From positions 3,224,001-3,288,000 of the forward strand of contig OZ234494.1 of the NCBI GenBank assembly GCA_965153455.1: a stretch of DNA of 64,000 nt, given 5' to 3'. This stretch comes from Sphagnum compactum. Lineage: Eukaryota. Below, one piece after another: positions 38,201 through 51,600 of the stretch. The translations under genes were made by a program, and so were the position numbers. Position 1 is the first letter of the stretch. Every line of letters begins with the position of its first letter. The notes below the pieces were generated by a model that worked only from the letters and a program-made list of their open reading frames with translations, did not search any database and was not told the DNA's origin.

Positions 38201-41200
38201 TGCTGGGGGATACAGCAGTCTGAAAATGGGTGTGGCATTGACAGCTTTGCAACTTGTCCACAATAATGCGAGAGTACACATCACTACATTCAGTGGGAGT
38301 GCTGCCATTTGTAAATGTTATACTGTCTGGTACTTATTCTGCTACCAATGAGACTGGTTCTGTGCCAGCCCAAGGGTGGTGGAATATCCCACAACCTCTT
38401 TTGGAGTATTTGAAGCTTTCCCACAATGATTCACAGCTACAGGCTATCCAGGTCCATTCTTTGCTTTGAGCAACAATTTGGTCAGTCCAGCCTCTTGTGA
38501 CCAACCCTAGAAGTACAATACTACAATAGAATTTACAGTGCTTGCTGCAGTAAACTTGTGTCATTTTCTCTAGCTATTCCAAACAGTTGTGCATCAACTT
38601 AGATTCAAGAATATGATGACCTGCTTGAATGTGGAGTCCATCAGTGTTTTTGAAAAGTTTTTTTCCCACTTGCTTTGGTAAATGTGATTGTAGAAGGCAA
38701 CAATGAGCATGCCCACCTTAGTGTAAGTTGATCCTAGAGTATGAGGTTGACATGAGATTGGGTGGATGCATCTGTGCTGCAGGCAGGTCTGTCACACAAC
38801 CCCTTGGTGCTTATACAGGTAGCCTCGCTACTATCCCTCCTTCATGGCACACTTAGTTCAAGCTCCAAATTGACTTATGTAGTTGAGGTTGATGGTGCTG
38901 GGTATTTTTGATCCTGATGTGCTTATAGACCAAAGTTTTGTTTCCTGCTGTCATCTCCTGCAGACTATTTTGCAGTTCGAAGGGGGCTGTCAATTTGTTG
39001 AAAAGATTATTTTAGTCCAGCAATAAAGGGAAAGGCATGGTTACTAAATAAGGGGGGAAAACTAAACTAATGTACATAAATTATGACATGGGGGTTGTCA
39101 ACTGGGGCTTTAAGAGCGGGCTTGCAGTGAGGGAAGTTTTTCTTATCTTCAGTTTTTCTTCTAAAGAGAACTAGAGGGTTGCTTCTTAAAGAAAAAAATC
39201 CTGTTTGGAATTTCTGCTTTTGGCATTTTTCGAATGATTTTGCTTTGGGTCTTGTAAGTGGGGAGCTTCTTGTAAGCCCACTTGTTCCTAGTCTTTCCCT
39301 GTTTGTCCTTTCCTTTAGTTTTTCTTTTCCCTTTCTGTCATTCTTTGTTTCTTTGTCTGGTCATTGTTGTTGTGGTCTGTTGCTAGCCAGTAGTATGGCT
39401 GAGTCTTCACATTGCTTCCAGAATTGCAGCAGAAACTCAGTTCGTAGATTGGTGCTTGTCACTGGCCTTTACCCACTGTAGGGAGCTGTTGAAGTCAGTG
39501 GGGAAGTTGTGGTAGTTAAGTCGCTATTATACATACTACTGTTGATGGTCCCTGAACAAGTGTGGGACTGGCACTTTTGTTCATACCGGCATGTGTTTTT
39601 TATTTGTTTTTGGTGTTCCCTAGTTTGGTTCTTTCTGTGGCTTCCTGAGGAAGTGTTAACCTTGCTGTTTCTTCTTCATTGTGAGAATGGAGATTTTTCT
39701 ATTCTTATGAAAGATATTTCTTTTATCTTCAGTAGTCAGTATTCGATTTCATCAGAAGCTAAGCTTCTCATGAAGTAGATGTTGTCAGATAAGTTTCATG
39801 ACTGCTGTGTGATTCCAAAATCCCCTGCTTGGGGCATATATGGACTGGTACTAAGCGTGTTGAAGTTCACATCAGTACAAATGTTTGCATTTTTAGAGTC
39901 TCAACTTGTTTGAATTTTCTGACTGCTGCTCTTAGAAATTGCAGCTTTCAGACTTTGTCAGGAGACTATTGGTTCTTGGACAATTTTCTTCCTTTGGGTG
40001 CCATTAAATTTGCCATGTCATACATACTTAGTGCCTTTGAGAATAGAATGTTGATGATGATGGCTGAAATGGAGGCCGCAGGGGTTTTGAATGCAGGGAC
40101 CACCAGGAACAGGCAAAACACAGACAATTCTTGGCCTTCTAAGTGTTGTTTTACACTCCACACCCATCAAACAGCCTCTCATGTAGTGCATCTACTTCTT
40201 CATCCTTTCCCATGTCCCCGCCCTGCACTTTTTTGTCACTGCAACCACAATGCTCATCACGATTGGGAGCATGCAGGGTTGATCGATTCAGTCTTTTATT
40301 GGCTTGAGACCTAGCTTTACTCCATAGGCTGCTTTTTTCTATCAAATTCATTTTGCAGTCAAATCACCACCATGTGACATGCTTCCATCATTTCTCATGA
40401 TTTTGATTGGAGTTGCCAAAATGGCAGAGCCATTACATGATGAGCTGCTTGTTTATTCAAGCCATCGGTTATGCCCTAGTTTGTTTATCCTGCTTCACAG
40501 AAATGCACTAGACTGGGTTTTGAAGTGTACACTTTGATCTTGCTTCAATGCTAATTGTCAACTGCTAAGCTTGGTTAAGTCAGTTGCCATGAACTCCAGA
40601 CTAAATGGGGTAAATTGGTTGACAGGAATGGTGAGGTTATGTTTGAGCAGAAGCCAGAGATCTCATACTCAGAGAAGTACTTTTCTTACCTTCTCATCTG
40701 TATGTGTAAATGGGCCTACTTTATATGCTTAGGTGCTTTGGCCTTCCATTAAGTTGAGTTTTTGGAACCAATCTGAGAGTTGACAAGGCAATACCAGTGT
40801 CTTCTGTTCTCAGTTCTTGAAGTCAGCAATAGTTTTTCCCTCGGAGCTTTATTGTATTTTATCTTGCATTTGGATGAAAACTATTCAATCCCAACTTGGT
40901 GCCTATTTGCAGGAAGCAGCATTGGATCAAGGCTTCACCATGGATTGGCCAAAGCGTCAATCCCCGTGACCTGAACATGCCTGTGGATGGCGATGATGGT
41001 TTCTTTCCCACCTCTGGCAGTCAGTTTGTGAGTTGCTGATTCAGTATCTCTACATTTTTCTTTGAGAATGCTCCCGTTAAAGCAATTAGGACCTTAAAAT
41101 AAAGAAGGAAGTACACACATTTTGTTTGAAGCTGCCTTGGACTGAATGACCAATTTGTTGCTTGTAGTCACAAATACACATACCCTAAACCCTAAACCCT

Positions 41201-44200
41201 AGACCCTAGACCCTGTTGCCAATATTTGGAGAGTGACCTAATGGAATCTAATGTTATGGTTCACAATGTTCTGATCGAATCTATAATAGGAGAACAAACC
41301 CTACTTTTCTGCATCTCTTAATAGTGTGCAAGTCACAAGTCAGATCATCTTGTTGATATGATTGTGTGCTGAGAGGCAGAGACCAGAAACTTTGGGGACT
41401 AAACGGAAGCATCGAGCCCATGTGCTAGTTTGCGCGCCTTCAAATTCTGCACTGGATGAAATTGTGCTCCGTCTCCTCCATACAGGTATTTTTTCGTCTT
41501 AATTCATCTTTAGTCCCACGAGGCTTCTTTTCTGATACCCTGGATTTATCTCTTGGACCATCTGGGCTGTGTCATCTCGAATTGTTGCAGAATTTTGGGG
41601 AATCTTCAGGCAGAACCTTTGGATGCAATGGACAAATATCCTATTTCCTTGGGGAAAGATGGAGCATGGATATTGAAATATGCAAAGTTAATGTGAAAAT
41701 ATTGTACCAGTGTGTAGTATCAAATCTCTCTCTTGAGTGTTAGGATCTGACTGAGTCTTCCTGTTCTTCTGAAAATGCAACAGAAACTTATTATGCAGAT
41801 TGTGCATAATGGTTTGCCCAGATTTTGGGCTGACTGTTAGATACTTATCTACACCCACTGTTGGGAGCTGATGAAGTCAGCGGGTAGTCATGTTAGCTTG
41901 TCACTGTTATTCATGATGAAGGTGGTGGTCTGACACTTTGTGAGCAACTCTCATAACATTACAACTGCACTCATTGTTGTGTTACCTTCAAATTGTTGCT
42001 GTGGAGATTTCTCTGCAGTGTCATAGATATGAAGAGTATCAAATGCTATCATTGTGATATCTCCCTGTCCTTCAAAGTGTCAGGTTCTGATAGTCTTTGA
42101 ATTGTAGAACCTGTTATGATTAAGGATTTTTCGTAAAGACTGCACCTAAATCAAACTCTGATTTGCTTTCAGATTCTAGTTTGTCCTGTAAGCACAATTT
42201 ACAGTGGGCTAAAGTGCTTTGCTGTCCTCAAGGGGTGACGAGAAGGGCTCTGGGGGATGCTTGCGGGTCTGTGTCAGGTCTTCGGGATGAGAATGGTCTA
42301 ATGTACACACCTAGTATTGTGCGTGTGGGTCTCAATGCACATCACTCGGTGCAATCTGTCACAATGGATAATTTGGTAAGTGCTTGCACCTTTTTCTGAC
42401 CACCTAATTCATTCTTTATGTTGGTGTCTGCTGACTTCATGTCTTTCTGATCCAGATCAAACTGAGTAATTCACTACAGAGGACTGTTTTGTGATAGGAC
42501 AGTGTACCCTTGAATAATTATTCTTGGTTTGGGTTGTAGGTGGCACAAAGGATGAGTAGTATGGAGAGATCAGCTGTCTCAGCAGGTCCACGGGCAAGTG
42601 CAGGCATGGAGCGTGACCGTATGCGGATTGCAATTCTTGATGAGGCTTCCATTGTGGGTTACTGATGCTCTGTTTCTCTCTTGGCTGCTGACTTTGATTT
42701 CTGGTTCATCCATCAGCATACTCAAGCTTTTTAGATTGTTTGCCTAAATTTCTGAGTTTGTTTCTGGCTCTTAAATTCCAGAAATCCTTGTGACACTGAT
42801 GAGAGTATCAAACTGGTCTACCAATCCTTCATTTTAGCAATAACTTTTGTAGTCCGCCCTTCAGGTTGCTGGACATTGATGTGAAGTTTCCGGTTGTAGG
42901 TGTGCTCCACATTGAGCTTTAGTGGAGCAGGTGTTTTCATGCGAATGAATCGTGGGTTTGATGTTGTTGTAATTGATGAAGCAGCCCAAGCTGTAAGAAG
43001 CTCACTTTTATTGAGCCTTTAGTGCTTGAATTTTTTCTTTGCATTCTGTTTGATTCTGGAGTCTCAATATTGTATCCCAAACATCAATATCATTGCTTGT
43101 ATTTTGGGCCCAGATATTACTTTGTATGATAGCATGGAAAATTGTTCAGAAGAGAAGTATGTTGGGTGCAGGTAGAGCCTTCAACATTGGTGCCACTAGC
43201 ACATGGGTGCCGACAAGTATTTCTGGCATGTCCTTCTACCTTTGGAAGGATACCTGTTGTTCTCATCTGTCTTGACACTTGCAGTCTTTAAGTATACCAT
43301 CAAATACATCTGTATACAAGTTTGAACTACTGGAAGGTACAGAAGTTTTGCTCTCATCCAGATCAAGAGTTCCTTGTCCTTGGCTGACCTGCCATATCAT
43401 TATATTCTGGCTGTGCAGGTTGGGGATCCTCTTCAGTTACCAGCAACAGTGCTCTCGACAGAAGCTGTGGCTTATGGGTAAGACTTAAGTCCTAGCAACC
43501 TCCTATGGTATAGTGTGAAGCAGAAATAGAGGCTCCAAGTCTCCTCTGAATGGATGTGTCCTTTGATTACAGGTATGGGAAAAGCTTGTTTAGGCGTTTT
43601 CAAAAAGCAGGGTACCCTGTCAATTTGCTGAATACACAGTACCGCATGCATCCAGAGGTTTTTGCACACACCCTTCCAAACATGCACCCCTCCCACCCTA
43701 TGTCTCTTTTCCTGGAATTTACTATGGTGCACTCATCTTTGGTGTTACAATGCAGGCATGCCATAATTCCATGTTTGATGCATAATCCCATGTAAATTGG
43801 AGGCGACAATTTTGATGTTGAGTAAATCTTTCAATTACACTTTGCTTGCTTGTAACCTGTGAAGATTTCTCTGACCTCTGTTAATGGTATGCAGATTCGG
43901 GAGTTCCCATCAAGAGAGTTCTATGAGTCAGCTCTGGAGGATGGTGCGGAAGTGCATACGCTAACAAAACGACCATGGCATGAGCACCGCTGCTTTGGAC
44001 CCTTTGCCTTCTTTGATGTAGATGGCACAGAGACCCAACCAGCAGGAAGTGGGTCATGGGTAAATAAGGATGAAGCAGAGTTTGTGTTGGTTCTGTACCG
44101 CCACATGGTTGCCACCTATCCAGAGCTTAAAAGTGGGCCTCTTGTGGCTGTTATATCACCCTACAAGCTCCAAGTCAAGCTGCTGCGCCAACGTTTTACA

Positions 44201-45688
44201 GAGGTTCTTGGGAAGGAAAGTGCACGCCTTGTCGACATTAACACCGTTGATGGTTTCCAGGTACATTGTCATTGGACCACTCAAACCAAGTGACATTGTG
44301 CCTCTTTTTTTGAGTGCCTAGTTCAGTAGTTAGTTGTTCTAGAACAGCAAACTAACATATGACCCTGGAATTGGACTGTACATGAATGTTGCAGCCTTCC
44401 ATACCTGTCAGATTCTGTTCTGTACTGGTCTGTTTCTGTTCAATTTGTACTAGTCCCTTACACCCCAGCATCAGGTGTAACAGTATGTGTGCCAATATGC
44501 ACTTTTATCTGTGGTTCATTACACACCACAGTCAAAGCCGTAATCTTTTATTGTCTCTGTACCAACTACCAACCTTAACAGTTTTGTTCTTTAGACCTGT
44601 TTGGTATGTTGCCTGAGTGTTGCTTGGTTTTCCATTGGACTAAGATTGTGGTGTACTGTTGTACTATCCAGGGCCGGGAGAAAGATGTTGCAATCTTTTC
44701 TTGTGTTCGAGCCTCTCAAGGAAAAGGCATTGGTTTTGTGTCTGACTTCCGACGCATGAATGTGGGGTTAACTAGAGCTCGAACATCAATGTTGGTAATG
44801 TTCTTAGGTCAAGCCTTCCACTTTTGTTTTGCTAATTTCATCTTGTACTGTGATTTGATGATTTGATTAAACTCCTTGTGACTGGAAATGAAGAATGGCC
44901 AAAGCTACAGTGATTTGAACAAAAAATGGTGGCAACTAGGTTATGAGTTTCAAAATTTAACCACATTCTTTGAGACAAAAAGTCTTCTGAATGGGAAGTC
45001 TTCTGAATGGGCAAGTTTGTGACAGAAAATTGTCAGCATACTCATATTCATCTCTGGTATTTGTCCAGGTAGTGGGATGTGCAGATGCTCTGAAGATTGA
45101 TAAGCATTGGAGTAATTTGGTTGCCAGTTCCCAACAGCGTAGACGATACTTCAAGGTCCTCAATCCCTGGACACTGAATCCCTGCACAATAACTGGAAAT
45201 GAAAGGTTAAAGGTCCAGAGATTTCAGGATTTTGTACTTTGATCAAGGCTATGTTTCAATTAGTGTTGAATTATCAGCAGGAGCTTCAGGTATTAGTGAT
45301 TTTGTTCTGCAGGACAATCAATTGCAGGTGGTTTCAATTAAACTGCAACTGGGTGACCAAAGATCTTTCTGTATCAGCACAAGATATACTTGAAATTGCG
45401 GTTAGATTTGGTTGTTGCTCAGGAATCTGATAACCCTAATTCATTTTTTGAGTCAATCTGCAGGTAAAAAAGCCCTACTATGCACTGTTCACTGATAGCA
45501 GCTTGGAAGAAATGAAGAAAATGGAAGATGAATTTGAGACGAATCTCACCAGGACAGGAATTCCAGGGTTAGCAAAGATTGCAGGAATTCAGCAAGTACC
45601 CATGGATGTTGAAATTCCTGATGAGGAGGAGGTTGTGGAGGCTTATGATAACCGTGGTGATGTTGATGAGGATGTTGAAGATGTATGA
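35249..45688 (+). CDS. MAA3: Sen1/senataxin-like superfamily-1 helicase, MAGATAMA3-like; 20 coding exons, ~843 aa
   Basis: Hand-spliced, phase-consistent exons: 35249-35395, 35559-35706, 36186-36322, 37368-37562, 38245-38451, 38783-38818, 40097-40182, 40626-40676, 40913-41027, 41380-41485, 42278-42375, 42540-42653, 42900-42992, 43172-43225, 43419-43477, 43573-43657, 43895-44260, 44672-44794, 45069-45155, 45464-45688 (2532 nt). Motifs: [73 protein letters not shown], plus MAA3-type VLSWDY and [14 protein letters not shown]. Confidence 0.93.
35757..36100. repeat. Intronic minisatellite, 5 x ~69 bp, with telomere-like TTAGGGTTTAGGG
   Basis: Unit AACATCATCATATCTCCTTGTTTCATGGTCTCCATAGTTTCAGGGCATTAGGGTTTAGGGTTTTGCTCT, five copies in MAA3 intron 2. 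Confidence 0.92.
37600..37860 (+). repeat. Dispersed ~250-bp intronic repeat (other copies ~39470-39720 and ~41812-42033)
   Basis: TTTGCCCA-ATTTTGGGC-GA...ATACTTATCTACA...AGCTGATGAA...TTCATGATGAAGGTG-TGGTCTGA...CACTCATT-TTGT...GTTACCTT-AAATTGTT...ATAGATATG is shared with 41812-42033; the copy at ~39470 is weaker. Confidence 0.75.
41182..41214. repeat. Short interstitial plant telomere-like repeat (CCCTAAA/CCCTAGA)n
   Basis: ACCCTAAACCCTAAACCCTAGACCCTAGACCCT in MAA3 intron 9. Confidence 0.8.
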
Positions 45689-48600
45689 AGTTAAGATGGC
45701 CTCCTCTTTGCGCACTTTGGAATGCTAGGCTTTGTCACAGGTATATATATTGTATTGCCACTATGATATACAGATAGTGGAAGTAGTCCTATGAATTTCT
45801 GCTTTCTGCAAGAACTTCAAACCTGACTCATTCTGGTATGATGGGACGAAATTGGTTGCAGTGATCATCTGGGTGGGGTGTTTACAATTGGGGTGCATAA
45901 AGGGCGTCATCAGTCTTGTCTCAAGACTTTTCTCACCACCCTTTGGCTTCAAGAAAACACTGCCATTTTACAAGGTACAAGCAGAAGATTCTTTAAGAAT
46001 TAAATAGATTCACAATTTTGTAGGAACAAGGCTTAGTGTAATGCTACAATTCAGTTTTTGTGGCATATATTCAAATATTCTGAGATATTAAAGATGTGTT
46101 CTGTGAAGAAACTGTTTTGTGTGCCATTCTATTGTTGCTTCATATTCTGATCCAGATAATTTTCACAATTGCTGGAATTCATCCAAGTTCATCAGTCATG
46201 TACTTAAATCAAGGGTGTATGTGTGTCTAACTGTGATCAATTGTGCACAGATAGATACACATGCTTTTTTTCTTTTAGTAAGTAGATAGAGTTGGAAACA
46301 ATGTAGACAACTGTGTCCACAATGAAGGGTCAACGAGGAAGTGTCGCCCTAGCAATCATAGCCGTTGGTTTAAAATGATTTGGGTTGTTGAGTCTAAAAG
46401 ATATAGATGATTAGAAAGAAAGCAGACAAGGGAATGTAGCAAGGGAAACATATGAAAAGAAATGCAACAAGTGGAACAAAGTGCAAGCAAGGGCAGCTCA
46501 CTTGAAGATGATGAAGACTGGACCAACACTAGAAACTAAGCATGAGGACAAAAGCAAAGCATGAGGAAGTGAGAAAAACAAGGGGCAGGGCAGAGATAGG
46601 AGTGGGGAGGAGGACAAAGACAAAGCAAAAAAAATTGCACCTGAGCAAAATAGATGCAACCTGGTGTAAGCAACAACTTCCTCATCCACAAGAAGTCACT
46701 GCACCCTTTCTTCCTCAATTGAAATGAATGTGGGTGTTTTTTCAAACAAGGCCATGAAATAAAGCTGCCTCCAACAGAAAACCTGAAATGCATTTGTTCC
46801 CTAGCTACATTTCTTCTTGCAAATGTTGTCGACAACATTTCCTGAATCATTGTCATCATCTTCAAGTGAACCCTTACCCTCTTCTCCCCTCATGCTTTAT
46901 TCTCTAGTTGAATTTTTCCTTGCAAGTGAGGCGAGGATGATGACCTCAGTTGTGTCCTATTTGCATGGCCCTGGTCCTATACCTCCTTGAGTCATTAGCA
47001 GGTTCATCTTTGGTGAACAACAAGCTCATTTCCAAAATATATATTCCCTTGAAATTTTGTTCAATAGGTTTGGATGCTTTAAAGGCTTTTAAAGATTGAT
47101 GCTAAAGCTAGGAAACATGTAATCTGGTTTTCATTGTTCAGCCTTGTGTTGCAAGTCATCAGCTGGCCCTCTTAAGAGTCTTCTCATATGACACTTTCCC
47201 TGTTTTGCTTTGAGAGCTCGTTCTAGATACCTTGACATGATCATCTACATTTGAGTTTCGATTAGCTTTAGCATTTGCATTTGATTAAACTTAGCACATA
47301 CTTCAAGTAAACATTTGGATTGTGAGGCATCTCAAATTTAGTAAATTGTGCATACTTTTTAGAATGTATTTCAAATGTGTCAATCTTTTCATTTCACAAA
47401 ATCCTACAATGTATTTGTTTTCCTGTTGCAATGTTGTTGTTATGGTATATCTCATAACAATGATACAATACTGTTCTTCATATGTTTTGCTTTGTAATTG
47501 TCTCCAGATTGTACGTTATAACTTGAGACCCAAAAATGATTAGTTTTGTTCCAAACAAATTTGTCCACTGTACCTACCATGAAGCATCACAAAACTTTTG
47601 TTTGTTTGTTGCATTTGATATGAGGATTGATACATTATTTTACAAATCCAAATTGTATTTCAACTTGTTAGTTTAATTTTGAGTGCAGCCATGGCACCTC
47701 CCTCCAAGCCTCCAAACCTTTTGGTGAACATTAACAAGTTGGATCTTCCGAAAAAGGTGCTGCTAGGGTTTATGATGAGAGTTTGGACAAGTGCAAACAC
47801 CTCATGGATTGGTGCAAAAAGTGGCCTTACAAACGTTAAAATTGCCTTTGAGCAAACAGACATATTTTTGTGAATTGGTTGAAGGGTAGACATCTTAAAA
47901 CACATCAAGGCGTATTGACCATTAAAAACAGAACATGTTCATCATGAGTAATGAATGACATATGGAGAAAGCAACTGCAGTTGAAGAAGATGAAAACAAA
48001 GATGGTATAAGGAGTAAAAATTGGAGTGGGAGACAATGTGTCCAAACCATTATTGGCAAAGATGATGGAGCCCAACTTGAATAACTACTTGGAATTTGTG
48101 AATATGGTTTGATGATTGATCCAACATACTCAAACAAGTTGGACAAGAGTGATTGATTGTTTCAATAATTGAAGGTGAGCAGCAAAAAGAGTCAAAGAAA
48201 TGAAAGTTTTGAAGATGGCACAACTAATTTTTCATCTACTTATTGTATCGCTCCCTCTCCTTTCTCCCTTCACCTTCTTTCATTGGTCTCGGGCACCATC
48301 ATTGTGCATCACAAACCATGTTTTCTAAACTTTCGTAGAGTACTTCTCCTAAAACATGGGATGACCATGATGCTGAAAAGTTTGATATTATCCACAAGGC
48401 CTTATAATGAAGAGGAACCCACACATTTGTAACTTTTGGTTTTTCAATGTTAATTTCTTATAATTGTCATGTTTGATTACAAGTCTATTATTCCTAAATA
48501 AATGAAATTGTTTTGTATTGTCAAGGTTGAAGCTTGAGGAAGAAGAATTCTACAAAACAGTTCTTGTTTTGTTCATCTTGTGTTAGGTGCAAGGCAAGAG

Positions 48601-51600
48601 CCATAACATAAGATGTATGCTTTCAAAAATCATGCATGCTCAAGCTTAAAATTTGCAATTAAATTGTCATTCTAAAGAGATTTTTTAACTCTTCACTGGA
48701 GGGAGAGGAAGAATGAGAGAAATGGAGGATGAAAGAGAAAAGAATAGGGAAAAGGAAAAAACAAGGATGAGGAAGTTCATGATGACTTCTTCATAATTAC
48801 TTAAAGCAACGAAGCTTTCAAGTTTCATGATTACCATGTTGTAATTGAAAATGAGGTTGCAATATTACGATTCATCACTATGACATTGCAAGTTGTTTGT
48901 ATTAAAAAGTCCCCATTTGGTAAGTTTCAAATAATTCCAAGATTGTATCACATCATTTATATCATATTCACTATACGAGTCCCTTTTCATAAATTTGAAA
49001 AACCATATGACTTGGGACAAGGGTTTGATAAACAAGGGTGCAAGAAAAATTACACATTTATGGATGCTCTAAGAGAATATTCCAAAAACTAGATTGCAAG
49101 TAGGTCCATAAAGAAATTTAGTAAAGAAAAAACACATGGAGACCTATCTACACATGTATGGGATGCACATAATTATAAACTTGTAATAACCATGTAAATA
49201 TTTTTTTCAACTAAGTATCAAGTAGGTTATTGTAAAAATGAAATTTTTTTATTTTTTAAAAAGTCCAATTGGGAAAAAAAAATGTTCCATAACCTAGAAA
49301 CCACGATGGAGCTCCCTATAACAAAAATTTTACAAAATCACGATTTTATTTCATTTTTTCAAAAGGGAAACACTTAATGTTAAAAATATTGCTAAATATA
49401 TTTTCTAACTACACTTTTAAAATGATTGAAAAACTCATGAATTGTTTATTTTGTCATGCTTGGACCCTCAAGAAATCATTCATAATTTCAAATGGTGTTT
49501 CATAGGGCTAGAAAATAACATTTAAAGTGCAACACCATAAAGCATATGAAAAGGAATTGACATTGGATCACCAACGTTCAAAGATCACAAAAACATTACA
49601 ACACAACCAATTTGATATCTTATAGCCTATCTCCTCTTCATCTTGATTACCCTCCTTAAAAAAAAACCACTACCCCTACTAAAAAACAACAAATTGAATT
49701 CCAAAAATGTTCCATTCCAACCAATTCAAACACAAATTGATATTGTGGGTTACTTCATAATGTTTTCAAGGAATAACTTAGGCATCACCTTATATGCTTG
49801 TTTATCTCCATCTCATGATAAGTACCTAGCAAAATCAAATTTAATAGTTATATTTGACATAACATTCTAACATAATTTGAAATGTTGGGTCATTTAGGTG
49901 TAGTTGATAGAATGTTTGGTGTCACATGTGTTGAATGTTAAACTTGACATAATGTTTTAGTGTAATTTGAGTGTGAAGTCATTTGCGTTGCATTACTAAC
50001 GATGATCGACTTTTTTCTTCTTCTTATGTTTCCATATGGTTTTGAATAGTTCATCATTATTTATGTCAATATCAAATTTAATTTGAATTAATATATAAAT
50101 ATCATGGACATGAAAAATGAAAAGGCACATGTTAATTTGTCTTTCATAATCATATCCATGTTGGTGGGTAGGAAAAAAAAATGAGATAATTATAAGGATA
50201 AGAAATAGTTATTAGGAAAGAAGTGAGATAATTAACTTTGGAAATGAGATAATTGTTTTGAGAATTGTTCAGGGCTGACAATATGAAAGATTATGCAAAA
50301 TCAATTGTCTAAAGACGACCATATGAAGGATTATGCAAAATCTCTCATATATTAATTCCTCAAAATTTCTTGTCATGGGAATTTGGGTGTGTGAATTTGG
50401 GTATGTGTTTGGCACAATACTTGATAACACATGTGTTGAATATTATAGTTAATGCAATAAAGTTATCCTTGAAGCCCTCCTCATTTTCATACTCACTATG
50501 GGCTTCACTTTCACATCTTCTTTTCACTTAATATGTTGACTTCCATTATAATGTTGAATCATTAATGTGTGTTAAGTAATATACAATTGTACATGTTTGG
50601 AATGTTATTATACACACTCATGATGGTTTATTGATGCAAATTCAAAGTTGAAGCATACTTGTTGAGCATTATTTATGTTTTCATGTAATGACCATGCCTT
50701 TTGCTTGTTGAATCAATTATTTTATTTGACTTTAAACCCGACCTTGTATTTCAAATCTATTTGTATGCAAATGAAACATACATGATCAACGCTAAGAACA
50801 AAAATACATGAACCAAAAACTAAATCCAACTCAAACATGGTACACAAGAAAAGAAATACTTGTTCATTTGATATTTGCACTTTTGGGATGACATGATATC
50901 TAAATGCCTATGTTGACCAAAAACAACTAACAAAACCATAAGCAATGCACAATGTTTTGAATTAAAATAAATAGCTAATGGATGAATACAATGAAACATG
51001 ATGATGCACCTTCAAACTTCATAAATAGTATGGGCAATAATCTCTTTGATTTTGTTATGAAACAAAGGGTTCTAGCAATCAATGGCACATTCCATTGCTT
51101 TTCATAATGTGGGTCAAAGGGGCAAGAATTTTGGTGTGATTCTAACGAAATCATTCATTGGGATAATCACCTCAATGAAGAGAATGGTTAATGAAATTGT
51201 GAACCAACATTTGGTCATGAATTCACCACAACATGAACTCTTTTGTGAGGCATAAATACCTTCATTATAATCTATGTCCGATGAGGACCACATTGAAGTG
51301 GCAAATTCTGAAGATCCTCAAATTGAAACTCAAGCTCATGAATTTGGGCTCATAATTCATGAAAGATGTTTTCAACTTGCAACATCACCATCTTAAAACA
51401 CCTATCAATATTTTGTATCATTGTGTCAAAATCCCAATCAAACACAATTAGGCCCCTTCAAATGGCTGGAACTTATATGCTCCAAATTTGCAAACACTAA
51501 AAACTATTGAGAAATGACTAAGACGGAAAGGTGAACCCCTTTTGTCTTTTGAACTCATTGAACATTTTCAACAATATGAAATCACTCAATTTGAACATAT

